A stretch of DNA of 64,000 bases. Origin: Podarcis bocagei. Its lineage: Eukaryota. The translations under genes and the position numbers were made by a program. Under the pieces are notes generated by a model. That model ran no database searches and was not told where the DNA came from. It saw only the letters and a program-made list of their open reading frames with translations. Shown piece after piece: positions 25,562-38,592 of this stretch (position 1 is its first letter; the number at the start of each line of letters is the position of its first letter). Where the stretch lies: NCBI GenBank assembly GCA_964188305.1, contig OZ076887.1. One strand, written 5' to 3'.

Positions 25562-28475
25562 CTTTAATAGAAAAGAAATAGCAGTAACAACTATGGGTAG
25601 AAAGTCACTGTGTGCTTATGAAACTGATATAAAAGACAAAGCAGTGAAGACTTATCCACAGATGCTTGATCAATAAAACCTAATTAGAATAACACCAAGT
25701 TCCTTAAGGTATTTGAACACACTTTTTTGAGTTTGGGGATCAGCTAGCACATGTACCATCACATGTGCTGAATACCATGGTTGTACTCTTGACATAGGAA
25801 GGTTTGCTAGTCAGACTCTTATTGTCCTGTCATATTAGCTGTTCTCAAACTCATAAAAGTGTGTAAGCAAAATGTTCAAACTACAGGCAATATCCGAACT
25901 TTCAATATCTGAGCATTGCAGAGAGTTGACTATATGTCCCTTGGGTTCCCTTCCAACTCATGCTTCTATGAACTACATGTTTAAGGGAATTTCTGACTCC
26001 CTTTTCTTTAACAGAAGTCTAAAATTTTCCCCAAAGGACCAGATTAGAGATACACCTTAACTGTGTGTTTAATCTTTGATGTAATTTGCTGTTATATTTT
26101 GTGGTACACCCACTGGGCTTTGCTGGAGCAATGTGATTGATTGATTGATTGGATTGATTGATAAATAAATAAATACCAGTTTTGAAAGCAGCTTAGGGTA
26201 TTGTATGGAATCATCCGTTAAAAGGAAAAAAAACAAAATTTGGTGGGGCTAGCACATGCACCTTGAACAAGCCTAAAGCAGGTATTTATAATGGTAAAAC
26301 CGTCATGTGTGAAGTGGCTCTCAGCCTTTATCCCAAACCAGCCACACATTTAGGTGTTCTCTGCTATGAGGGCTATACTTATATATAACTATATATCTAA
26401 ATGAGGGTTATATATAGGTGTTGGCAGATCATATGATTAAAAAGGCTATAAAAATCTAAAGGCTATACCAGACTCATACATGTAGGGCAATTTCTGTGTC
26501 TTGCAATACTTCATACATATTTTCAAGTACATGGTAACATGCACTGTGTACATGACTCCAATGTTCAAGATGTGTAAGACACGTGGTATCTATGGCCCAA
26601 AGAATTATGGATAGCAGATTATATATGGCCACTGATTCAAAGGGCAGCAACAATGCTGTTCTATTAGCAAAGGCATTTGAGGCTGAAAAACTATTATCCT
26701 GCAAGGCGTGCTCCACTAACTTGAGACTTTGGGGTGGGGAGGATGATGTATATACCCAAGCATAACCCCAGTTTTCAACCCCTTAAAGTAAGAGAACCCT
26801 TAAACATTAAAACATAAATACACAGTTCAGAGAACAGCATTACTTTCTGAAATAATCCTAAATATTCTGGGTTGGACACATGAAAAGTTAGTTATCAATG
26901 GAGCCAAACAGTCATGACTTAGTATCATGTTGTTGATCATCATGGTCATTTCAACCATCAATATAAAGAAATATACATCCTATCCATACTATACAGAATG
27001 CACATAGATACACCATTAAAAGACAGTGTTAGCCAATTTATACATACGTATATATTTTAAAATGCAAACCAAAATATTTAAGTTTCTTTATTTCCTTGAC
27101 AATCAGGTCACTACAGTCCACCATATTATCCGTGATGAACATTCTTCTCAGTTTTTAGCCATGACTTAAGTCCTATTGATTTAAATGGGAACCAAGTGCA
27201 AGTAACAGTCTATAGTCTACAAACTTCCATTATTTCCCTTAATATATCCAAGAATCACACAACACTCCCCTCACAGCCTCTGTTGACTATTATACTAGGT
27301 CTGAAGGGACATTCATGGAACTTATAAAATGCAGAGTATATGCCACATGCTAGAAAGTCTAGTTCATAAATATTCCAGTGGTGGCAGAAGTGAGAATTGT
27401 GCAGCACAATTCAACACATTCCACTCAGACATTAGTCCCATTAAGTTAATTCTGACTTACTTCCAGGCAAAGTATGTATAGGATTGTAGCCTTAGCACCC
27501 TGCCCATCAGGAGAGCAAGAGCTCAAATAAGTTTGCAGCAGATCTTCAACAACTAGATGGATATCATGTTTTCCCTATAACATACTTGCACTGTTCTCTG
27601 CCCACCACAGTTCACCATGTGACGCGGACTTGTTAATTTAGAACAAGATGAAGCGACTGCTTGCTATTTGCCTTAAACCTTTAAAATCCAATATATTTAA
27701 ACAAACTGCAATATAATGTGCTACCAGTACGGTGTCCTTGTATTTCCCTATTTGCCTTATTGCTTAAATATATATGGGGCAGTGAAGTTAGACAGCCATT
27801 AACTTGTAGCCTAGAGGTAATAAGAATACTTGAGACACAGTATTTAGCCTAGATTTCTACTAGCAACTTTCATACTGTCATGGCTGCTGTACTAAATATG
27901 AACATTACTGACATCTGCAGCATTTCAAGTATTGATTAACAATGCATGTCAATGTGAACAAGTTATGGACTTAATGGATGCCAAGAGCTGCAGTGCTGCA
28001 ATCTACATTTTGACATATGAATTCATATATTTGCCCTAATGAGTTACATACTGAGGACTCATTAAGTGTTCTTGAGAAATAACTAAACAGACCTATTTAC
28101 ATTAACAGAACTCTCATACTGAAAGATTTCTCTATGCATTACCCTTAGATACTTACATCCTCGAATAGGGAGGTGGTTGGGGAGGGTGTGGGGGGACTAT
28201 AATTAAATAATGAAAGAAACCAAATATGATTAAATATTCCTATTATAGCTGACATAAGATGGCCGGAATGATTTCCCTGCCTTCCAGTCAAAGCACATTT
28301 TTTTTGAAATTATGCCTGGGTTTGCAAAAGATGCAATTTCGTTTTTGACACCACCCCCACTGCCTGATGCTCATAATGAGGCAGTTCATATAGAATACAC
28401 CCAAGTTCACTAATAGAGGCCAGTAAAAAGCAAACAAGACATGCCAGAAGATTCAGGAACTGCTTTACTGAGCTA

Positions 28476-28478
<3 letters not shown>

Positions 28479-28556
<78 letters not shown>
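28479..28556. repeat. Compound microsatellite (CT)18(GT)11(GA)10
   Basis: Read directly from the sequence. Confidence 0.95.
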
Positions 28557-31500
28557 TAAAGATAAAGATATATGAAACAACTGCATATTCAATATATTAG
28601 TGGGAACATACTTGTGCTGCACTTCGTACAACTGTGTGTGCCATTTTCTGCATGGATCAGCTGTGTGATCAAGTTCCCCATAAGGAACTTGGTGATGCAG
28701 CCAACCCTGCTGTGTCTCTAAGATCAGAAACCTGAGGGGTGCATTCTCCAAACGCTGCACCCATAAAAACCTCATTCACAATGCAAGTCTCTAAAATCTC
28801 CAGTGGCATAAAGCTTATACAACACGTTTATTAATATATCTCACCTAAACAGAGCTCAACAGAGCACATATGGCTCCCCGCCCCCACCCCCTGGCAAATG
28901 TTATCCTCACAACAATTATGTGAAAGAAAGTTAGGCTGGAAGATAAACCCACTGAGATTTATCACTAACCAGAGATTTGAACCCTGGATGTGTCTGTCTA
29001 AACCCAGCATCTATCTACTACCTTATACTGGCTCTTTTCTTTTAAAAGTAAATTAAAGTAGAAAGAATTTTTGCCAAAGTAAAAAAATAATACATAAACA
29101 TACTGGTTACTTTTTATTTTTAAAAAAATTAAAATTGTGTACATAATCTGCATATTGGACTACCACAGTTGTTTCATTTATCCATCGGCATTCAACAACA
29201 TCTGGGACAACATCTTAAAGTAAACAATGCTCACAAGGCCATCTGGACAAAACTGCAGGCAAAAATTAGAGCAGAAGCATATGGAAAAGCAGATTTTTCT
29301 CTCCCCTTCAGCAGTGCAGGATGACAAATGTCAAACCTAGATCTGTCCACGCTTCACTGTGCTATGCTTTGCAGCACCACCTGGCTCTCCTTGTACAGCC
29401 ACCAAATATGGACAGCACTGCCACAGAGGACCATATCTGGAGGGCAAACTCAATAAAAGCATTTCATTTCATGGTTAAATGACAGCTTCACACAAGTAGC
29501 AAGGTTCTGTTTACTGAATCTCAAATGTGAATCATTCAGCGGTGGGGTGGGGGGGGGGGAGAGAATAAAACAAAACCCACCACAAAAAACAATGACTATG
29601 AACAGGACAGCTTTGTTACTAAGACATGAATACCCATATAATTATAAAATGCAGGAAGCCATAATTACACATCCAAACAGCACATTAGCTTAGCAGTTAT
29701 CAGGAAACTGGAAATATAAAGAAAATGTGTTTTGTCAGTTCTTAAAATCCAATCCATAACCCAGACTGAAATCCTAAACACACTTAACTGAATTCACTGA
29801 ACACAGTGGGAATTACTTCTGAGTAAACATGCATAGGCTTCCACTGCCATTTAAGGTGAAGTATGAGGATGTTCAATGGGACTTAAACTGAAGAAAACAT
29901 GAACAGGATCTGATTGTTAGTTCAACTGCCCTAAGAAATGAAATCTACATACTTTGGCTTAGCTGATCTTCGCCCGAAACATTTTGCTTTTAATAGATAT
30001 GAAGGGTATTTACATGTTCAGTGGCAATTTGAACTCCACAGAATTATTAAATCTGGCTGGTCCAGATCTGACCAAAGAATTCTGTTCCTTAAACCATTTT
30101 ATAAACCTCTTTAACATTCAGAGAGGATTATAACCAGCACAGTATTCAGTTAAGGCCACACAGGCATAGGAAGTTCCCAACTTCCTTCTCCTCACTTGAA
30201 GAATGAGTTCAATGTGATCTACCCTGTCTCAGGAAACTTTGTAATGAAGTTATATTCTTTTTAAACATTTCAGTCTTACAATGCAATTTTTTTTTAGTTA
30301 GAAAAGCTACAGATCTACTGCAACTATCTATGTTTACAGCATACAGTATTCACTTCACAGACATACAAGACTGGCAGGACTTCTACATCAATTTGCTTTA
30401 ACCATATTTCTTAGAAGAACTCTGTCTTCTGTACACACGTTTCCCATATTCTTCCTGAAACAATAATTTACAGGATGGGCAGATGATATAAAAGTAAAAA
30501 GAAAACAAATGTTCACTGTTTTTCTTTTATCAGAGGATTATGTTGTTGTTGTTGTTTTCCATTAAGTAAAATAAAAAGGGGGGAGAGAGAGAGAGATCAG
30601 GGAACATGTTTCAAGGTCAATGCTTTTCTCTAATGAATATTTCTCTGGAATAAAAAGCAAGGTTAACAGCTTTCTTTCCTTTTAGCACATTCACACAATG
30701 CTGTATTATAAACATATTGCCACTGTATTACAGAAAATTAAGAAAAACTGAAGCAGCAGTTTTTCCACCAATACTATGAAAAGGTTAAGATTTTCTAATT
30801 TAAATGAGAAAAATCAAGTGAATGCTCCATTCTTAAATGGCTGAAAAGACTATTGTGCCATTTTTTCCATACTATACTATAACACCACTGTATCAAAGAA
30901 TTAAAATGACAATTTATTTATAGGGCAATGACAGAATAAATGGGTATTGCTCAATTTCATGAAGCAAGCACAAGCCCTCATCAGAATGGAGATATTATCC
31001 GCAGCACTTAGTGATAAACTCTCTACGTCTAGTTCTTTTACATGATCCCAGGCTTGAGTCATGGACTTCACCCTCCAATGTTGAGGTATTGCCTATTTCA
31101 AATTAAGCAATGAAACTGAAATAGTTTTTAACTGAGTCAGCACATCTGTAAGAAAATTCTCTTTCCTTGACTGGCGGCGTCCCAAAGGATCAAGAGGCAT
31201 CCCAGTTACAGAGTGTCCTTCCCAAAGCAGGTTTATTTGGTCTTCAGGAGACAAGTGAAAACCATTTCATCATACAGAAACTTTATATTTTAAGTTGAAG
31301 AGTTATTTTTAATTCCTTGCCTGTGCTTCTCTTTTTAATTGTATTGTTAAGCCATGATTTTTATAGATTTGGGCCACAATCCACAGCTGAATTAAGTGTG
31401 CTTAAACCCACTGATTAAGTCTTCTTGGATTATAGTGTTTATTCGTTCTTTTGTTTTAAATCATGCACTTCATTTTAAACTAATCTAAGAGTTTTTCACT

Positions 31501-34029
31501 GTGGAGTGGTGTAACACATTTAAACAATAAAAAACGAGATTTGAGATGGTTTCATCAAAATGTTTTGCTAAGAGAACATGGGGCTGAAATCCCACATGAC
31601 TAAATCCCCCTGATTTTAATGGATTTACTCTGATCAAATCTGCATTCAACCCTATGTTCTCACCCAAATACATCACATTCTAATAAAGCACAGGATCCAC
31701 CTAACCAGTCCTGTCAGTGGAAGTCCAGCACAAGGACTTCCGCTTGCACAACAAGGCTTTCCTCCCTCTCCCTAACTGCACACCTCCTACCCACTCAGAA
31801 TTGGCTCTGGGAGAATTGAGAAAATGACTCAAAACAGCATGGGAGTGATCTTTCCATCTGGCAAGCGGCAATGTTTGTGCAGACAGAACAACCGGAAGAC
31901 CGCAATATTGAATTCCACCCACTTAGTTCAGGATTCTGTTTCCAACTCTGGCAAATTCACAAACAGAACATGATGGAAATGATAATTTATTTGCCCAGAA
32001 CACCTTTAAAAGACTTAAATTACATCCACAATAAAATAAAAATAAATAGGAGCCTCCAGAGTGCATTGCAATAGCATCATCAATATTTTATAGCGTTCTC
32101 CTTCTGCAGAATATGATCGGACCTGTTCTCAAGGGAGATATTTGGAACAGTAACATATTTCTGGATCAGTTAAGCAAAAAAAATAGGTAGCTATTATAAC
32201 TATTTCCCATCAATTTCTTCAAGTGCCTGATTAGATATAACCTGAACAGAACTCTTCCTAGAATGTTTTAGACTTAGTGTTTGTGCACACACACCCCTCC
32301 ATTTCTCACCCCAACAGAGAAAGTAATAAATAAGCTGGAAATCCTATGTTTAATTGAACGCTGGACTACAAAAAACTACAACCACTAGTCAGACTATTTA
32401 TTCGCATTATCTACTTCTATTGAGATACACTGCTCAAAAAAGTCAAGAGCTTATATAAATCTACATAAAGAGGTAATATAAACCTACAAAGTTTAATTAC
32501 ACATAGTTTGCAAAAATGCTATTTATAAGAATTGTACACCACTTAGTAAAAATCTTCAAGTGGTTTACATAAAAATGCAGTTGTAATAGAAATATTTGAA
32601 ATATTAGTGAAAAAACCAGCACATTTTTAAACAGTAATTAACACTCAGTGTCAATGTTACGAATCTCAAAACATCAAGCTGCATTGCAAATTTTACAGAA
32701 ACACTGCCACAAGCAATGATGGCAAGTACGACATAAATAAAAATGGTTTTCCTGCTCCCATGAACTGAAAGAAAAGATGCAGAGAAAATAATCTGCGTAA
32801 GCTTTGTTTCCAGTGATCAAGCACACCCTTGTTTCTAATTTCCCCCATTCCTAGAAAAGACTGGCATTCAAGCTGTAACAGCTCAGCATGGTTCCTGTGT
32901 GTTACATGTGCACTGGGTTCATGTGAAACTCACAAGTGTGCCATCACAACAATAATGCACCTGCTTTACTGGCAAATAAAACATAATGGCCTGCTAACCT
33001 TTTCCACAAAACTAGGTTCTGCTGAGTGGTTACTCCTTACAAAGCCCTTGCTTTATTCTTCCATGTTGTGCCAAACATGCCCTTTTAACCAAACAGATTA
33101 CTTTTTAAAAGCCAGGGCAAGGAATTGGAGGATGGAGAAAGCAAAGAAAACAACATATTGTTGGATATGGTAAACCACTAGATCATAGTTGAAATCCACA
33201 CAGCTGCAAGCATTCTTTTGGGAAACCCCACACTTGGGCTTATCTCAATTGCTTAATGTAATTCCCTGGGTCAGTCATGTAGAAGTAATATAATTTGCAC
33301 ATTTCTCCAGCTAAAGTTTAATCTTTACGAACTGCCAAGTGGAAAGATAGGATCCTGCTGCCACTCTAGTCCTTCGCATCCACACCAATCACAAGCATTT
33401 TGCTTTTGTCATTCCTCAAAATGTACCCAACAGGATATCTGTGTTCTCAACACCCCCACCCCTACATATTTTCCTTCCCTTCAAATGAATTCTCAGTTAA
33501 ACTGAAACAGGACAAAGTTGTCGTGCCCAAGTTCTCATATTCTTGTTGGGCACATAGTATTTAGAAAGATTTCCATGTAATAAAGGTGGCAAAGTTATTT
33601 TTCAACACACTATCATATAGTTTATATGTTTCTAAAAGAACTGGTGGTGTTTGAACCACAAATACAGCAATTTTTCTTCCTGAGGGAAAAAAGGCTATTT
33701 TCATGGGCCTTTTGTTATCATCCTTTATATTCCTAGTACAAGGCTCTTCTAAGATGTAAGAGAAACACCTCTTGTAAGATGAAACCTGTTGCAATACAAA
33801 CGCAACAGCCAAAAAAAGGTATGCATTCTGCTTAAAAGCTATACTAAGTTACTTAATATAAGTATACTTATGTATATCCTGTACCTCTCGCTTCATTACA
33901 AAATAACCTCTCAAACCTCAATACAACTAGATGTCAGGGTTTTCTAGACAGATGGCTAGAAAGCCTGGCACCGCTCTTTTGCAAGTGAACTACTGAGGTG
34001 ATCTGTAGAGTTGTCATTGAGATATCCCT

Positions 34030-34069
34030 CATACATACATACATACATACATACACACATACATACATA
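34030..34069. repeat. (CATA)n microsatellite, interrupted
   Basis: Read directly from the sequence. Confidence 0.9.
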
Positions 34070-34660
34070 ATTTTATTTGTATGCTGCCTTTCCATAGTTA
34101 AAACTATGCTCAAGGCGGCTGACAACATGTAAAAAAAAATACACAATCACAAACGCAACAAAAGTAATCATAAACAATAAAAAAACCGAAAAGTACAAAA
34201 TTGAAAAATTTCCACATAAATCATATTAAGATCTCAGATAAAGATACAAAAAAGTAGTATCGGTAACAGCAATTCCCCCCCCCCCAAAAAAACAACAAAT
34301 CTTCCCTGAGTAATTCCCTAGCCCAAGAGTCTGTTCAGCAGCCACAGCTTTTGTAGCTAGAGTCAGCCAGAGCCCCACCCTCCCAGGCTAGGTGGGAAAA
34401 GGCCTGCAAGGCAGGGAGCAGGTCTTCCAGGACTCACAGCCAAGATGATCTCTTAAGATTCCCTGCTAAATTAGGTGCATTATTTATTAGCACTAAAGAT
34501 AATTCATACGTTTGTTTGGTGCATGACTGTAATGTTGTGGGCCACACGGGACTCTTAAAGGACCTGCTGGATCTGCAAACCTCATGTTTAATTTCTCAAA
34601 AATAAAAAGAGGCATGATATCGACTTTAGTCTCATATAACTTTTATTAACGCAAACTTAC

Positions 34661-34761
34661 TTGATTCATTTCTAGTAACATGTCTTTGGAGGAAGTCGAC
34701 TATCTGCGCCAAAGCCTTCTTGTTACAGTGTGTTGATAGCTCTTCATTACATTCATAACAC
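34661..34761 (-). CDS. USP45: USP45 coding exon 5 (101 nt; CYECNEELSTHCNKKALAQIVDFLQRHVTRNES), ZnF-UBP C-terminus
   Basis: WCYxC motif spans the junction. TTCTAG/GTAAGT boundaries, phase 2/1. Confidence 0.97.
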
Positions 34762-34912
34762 CTAGAATAAGGATTTAAAATGTTGTCATAACGATTTTCC
34801 AGGCAAATCTTAAATTCTTACGACTTTATATGAAGTCATAAAACATTGCGATTCCTTATTTCAGGTAATGTCTATATACAGACTGCATGTTACAACTACT
34901 ATAAACAACATA

Positions 34913-35686
34913 CAGTGGTGCCTCGCAAGACGAAATTAATTCGTTCCGCAAGTTTTTTCTTCTTGCGAGTTTTTCGTCTTGCGAAGCACGGTTTCCCATA
35001 GGAATGCATTGAAAATCAATTAATGCGTTCCTATGGAAACCGCTTGCCAGGCTGGCGGTGCGGAGAAGGGCTTTTCTCCCCACCGCAAGCCTTCAGGACA
35101 GGTACGGGAACAGAGGGGAAGGGGCGCAGCGCTTCTCCTCTGTTCCCGGGGCTTGCGGTGGGAGGAGGGTTTTTCCTCCCCACCGCCAACATTCAGAACA
35201 GCATTCTGAATGTTGGCGGTGGGAAGGAAAACCCTCCTCCCACCGCAAGTCTTCAGGACAGCCTTCCGAAGGCTGGCGCGGGGAGAAGGGCTTTCCGCCC
35301 CACCGCCAGCCTTCGGAGGAGCCTTCCGAAGGCTGGCGCGGGGAGAAGGGCTTTCCGCCCCACCGCCAGCCTTCGGAGGAGCCTTCCGAAGGCTGGCGCG
35401 GGGAGAAGGGCTTTCCGCCCCACCGCCAGCCTTCGGAGGAGCCTTCCAAAGGCTGGCGCGGGGAGAAGGGCTTTTCTGCCCCACCGCCAGCCTTCGGAGG
35501 AGGTCCGAGGACAGTGGGGAAGAAGCGCTGCGCTTCCCCGCTGTCCCGGAGATTTCCCTATGGGCTTTCGTCTTGCGAAGGAAGCCCATAGGGAAATTCG
35601 TTTTGCGAAGCGCCTCCAAAACGGAAAACCCTTTCGTCTAGCGGGTTTTCCGTCTTGCGAGGCGTTCGTCTTGCGGGGCACCACTG
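34913..35686. mobile_element. Tc1/mariner-type MITE (family B), 774 bp, with GC-rich hairpin and tandem-repeat interior
   Basis: TA|CAGTGGTGCCTCGCAAGACGAA...TTCGTCTTGCGGGGCACCACTG|TA. Ends shared with 51349-51703. Confidence 0.92.
35261..35501. repeat. Four tandem 60-bp units, each self-complementary
   Basis: Unit GCCTTCCGAAGGCTGGCGCGGGGAGAAGGGCTTTCCGCCCCACCGCCAGCCTTCGGAGGA, three identical copies plus one variant. Confidence 0.95.
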
Positions 35687-36849
35687 TATTCATTTTGGGA
35701 CCTGAACCAAGCAAATTCCCCACCACCAGCACCACCTAGACCCTACTGATTTTGGCGGCGGCGGCAAAAAGAGACTGTGTAGCCACAATGCTGGGTGAGC
35801 ATACTACAGTGCCTGGATGGGGATGTCAACAGTCCCCTCTCCAATCACAGGGAAGGCACAGACAGAAAGGGTTAAAACACCCCTGCTCCCAAACATATGA
35901 TATTTAGTTTGGCTCTCGGTCACAAGGGCTGTCCAAAGCAACATTAGTGCCAATAGAACTTTTGCAGATGAACTGTGATCTATCCCTGGAAAGTAAAGTC
36001 CCTCTTAGGTATAAACAGTGTAGATCACTTTGCTACTATGAATCTGACTGCTTCAAAAAAGAAAAAGGGGGGGGGGAAGCCATGTATGAGAGAGGGGAAC
36101 ATGGGAGAGACTTTGTCCTTCCACAATTCCACCACCTCAACCACCACCAGGTGGTAGAGTGAGGGCTGGATCCCATAGCCATTACATATGGAGTAATTAT
36201 CTTCTCAAACTACTACTGGAACCTCTATGTCTGATCCTGTTAACCCCTATTAACAGCAGGGGTCATCTTTTTCAGGGGTTGGCCTCTGGGAGGTCCAATG
36301 TGAAAAGGAGGTGCAGCAATTTCCCTTTTGAAAAGTGACACATTTGGTGGGTCTTCAGGTCACAAAACCCTTTTGGCATCACAGAATCACAACACTGGAC
36401 CTGCAGGAGTAGCCAGTAAAAATGTTGTTGTTGTTGTTTCACAAATTTTGGGGGAGGCCGTAGGGTGGTAAAAAAACTGTAATAAAGCAGATGACCCATA
36501 GGAGCAGAATTTTTTATATATATAATATATTTTATACATATATAACCTCTGGGGAGCAGAAGCTACATTTCAGAGTCCACATTAACAAACTTCACATTCT
36601 AACAAGTTATTAGTTTGACATACTAGAATTATCATTCGCAATAAAACAAAGGACTTTCTTTAACCAGCTTATATTTTCTTGTTGAATAACTAAATCAAAA
36701 AAATGTTAGTGCAACTCCAAGAAGAATTTCATGTACAAAAGGAATGAATCACTGCATGTATGCATACCTGTATATTATGGGGTGTATAAGTGTATGTCTT
36801 CCCTCACAAACACACACAGCTTCCCCTCTCAAAACACAAATTTACTTAC

Positions 36850-36953
36850 CATACGATCCATGTGCTGAGGTTGATTACAATGCAATGAGGCTCTCCTAGT
36901 GCATTCTGAAAATGCTTAAGCGAATGCTGGCCTTCTGAGTTTTGACTGCAGCC
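36850..36953 (-). CDS. USP45: USP45 coding exon 4 (104 nt; GCSQNSEGQHSLKHFQNALGEPHCIVINLSTWIVW), ZnF-UBP
   Basis: TTCAG/GTAAGT boundaries, phase 0/2, zinc-ligand Cys/His residues present. Confidence 0.97.
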
Positions 36954-37498
36954 CTGAATTCATTAATAAAAATGTTAAACTACAGTTATCATAACAACTA
37001 AGTTCTTTAGTAAAATCAGCAAAATTTCTTCTTGTCAAGTTTCCGTTCCTTGGCTGACCTGTTGTAGCTTATATGACATTTTGAAGACCCCTGACAAGAG
37101 CAGCTTCTAAACAACCCAATGCCTAGATAAAGAGTAATTGTTCCAAAAATGTTACTCTTTATCCAGGCATTGGGTTATAATAGACACAAAATGGCCAAGC
37201 AATTTCATCATTTCAAAACATATGCACTGTTCTAATTCTGGCTTTTCTTCAAAACATCCAGACAAAAAGTCCTAAGGAATAACAAGCTGCTAGGCATACC
37301 TAAGCAAGAACTAAAGTGCTATTGTCCAGATGCCACAAATGAACAAAACTCCAAACACTTAGTCCTAGTCTGATTTCTATTGGTACTTTAGTGGAACTCT
37401 ACTAAGTCGATGAGCTGCGTTATATACCTTGTTAGGGGCCAGAGGGCAGGTTAGAAACTATACATATTACATATCTTTAAAGTCACATATTTATTTAC

Positions 37499-37554
37499 CT
37501 GAGTACCACATTTGAGGCACAGCCATATGTCAGAAGGCATTACTGGCTCACCAT
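37499..37554 (-). CDS. USP45: USP45 coding exon 3, 3' part only (DGEPVMPSDIWLCLKCGTQ); the rest lies in the gap
   Basis: ZnF-UBP WLCLKCG motif and GTAAAT donor after 37499. Confidence 0.93.
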
Positions 37555-37754
37555 NNNNNNNNNNNNNNNNNNNNNNNNNNNNNNNNNNNNNNNNNNNNNN
37601 NNNNNNNNNNNNNNNNNNNNNNNNNNNNNNNNNNNNNNNNNNNNNNNNNNNNNNNNNNNNNNNNNNNNNNNNNNNNNNNNNNNNNNNNNNNNNNNNNNNN
37701 NNNNNNNNNNNNNNNNNNNNNNNNNNNNNNNNNNNNNNNNNNNNNNNNNNNNNN
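37555..37754. other. Assembly gap (200 N)
   Basis: Read directly; the round length suggests a placeholder of unknown true size. Confidence 0.99.
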
Positions 37755-38357
37755 CTCCTCTCCTCCAAGCTTTTCAGTAGTGTTGTCACTGCTATTCTTA
37801 CTTCCCTTCTCATTCCACCATAAAAAGATGCAGTTCTACAAACATATAAAGTAAATTCCTGAAATAAGAGTACTCCAAGGATAATATCATTTCATAAATC
37901 ATCAGGCCATAGATATTTCAACTGCAAGCAACTGTTGGAAGTCTACTAATTAAACTAGGAACCAGCAGTTCCCATGGACTGTATTTTTACAGTAAGTTTT
38001 TAAACTTTATTTTAAATTGTTGAAACCCACCTTGGAACCTTAGGGTGAAGGATGAGTTAATAATAATAGAAACAATATGGACAATGCTTTCCTTTCCTTG
38101 ATGACCATGGGCTGAGTCACCCCAACCACTCACATTTAGTAGTTGCTCAACAACCACCTAAAATCACAGGCAGTATTGCCTCCTTGTCTGTGGCAAGACA
38201 GTTGCATGCAAGCACAATCAGGATCAGGCTTTTAGCATTAGTATGGGTTACTGGAGTGGAGGTGTGCTAAAAGCCCTTCTTGATACATGGTGGGGTCTCC
38301 ACATTTTCTGTTCATTGGAATCAGGAACCAGCCGATACAATAAATACAAATTATTAC

Positions 38358-38530
38358 CAGTGGCGTAGCGTGGGTTGTCAGCACCCGGGGCAAGGCAAGT
38401 ACGGTAATTTGTGCCCCCTAACCCGTGGATTTGTGCCCCTAACCCGTGGATTTGCGCCCCCTAACCCTAACCCCCAGATGTTGCGCCCGGTGCGGCCGGC
38501 CCCCCTTGCACCCCCCACGCTACGCCACTG
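38358..38530. mobile_element. Young hAT-type MITE (173 bp) with internal CCCTAA-containing repeats
   Basis: Perfect 17-bp TIRs CAGTGGCGTAGCGTGGG and perfect 8-bp TSD ATTATTAC (38350-38357, 38531-38538). Confidence 0.93.
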
Positions 38531-38592
38531 ATTATTACTACTACCCACATGATTGTGTCAATTGATTCAGACCATTAGATGGCTTTTTTTAC

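Noticed and set aside
35261-35501. CRISPR-like palindromic repeat array
   Set aside because: Units are contiguous with no unique spacers, there are no cas genes, and the context is a eukaryotic intron.
35020-35739. Overlapping 118-238 aa ORFs on both strands
   Set aside because: Artefact of a GC-rich, stop-free 60-bp tandem repeat inside a MITE; the peptides are simple repeats.
37755-37813. MRREVRIAVTTLLKSLEER as the missing start of USP45 exon 3
   Set aside because: Lacks the conserved ZnF-UBP Cys/His residues, and the frame is only open because it is read through Ns. The LEER resemblance is probably chance.
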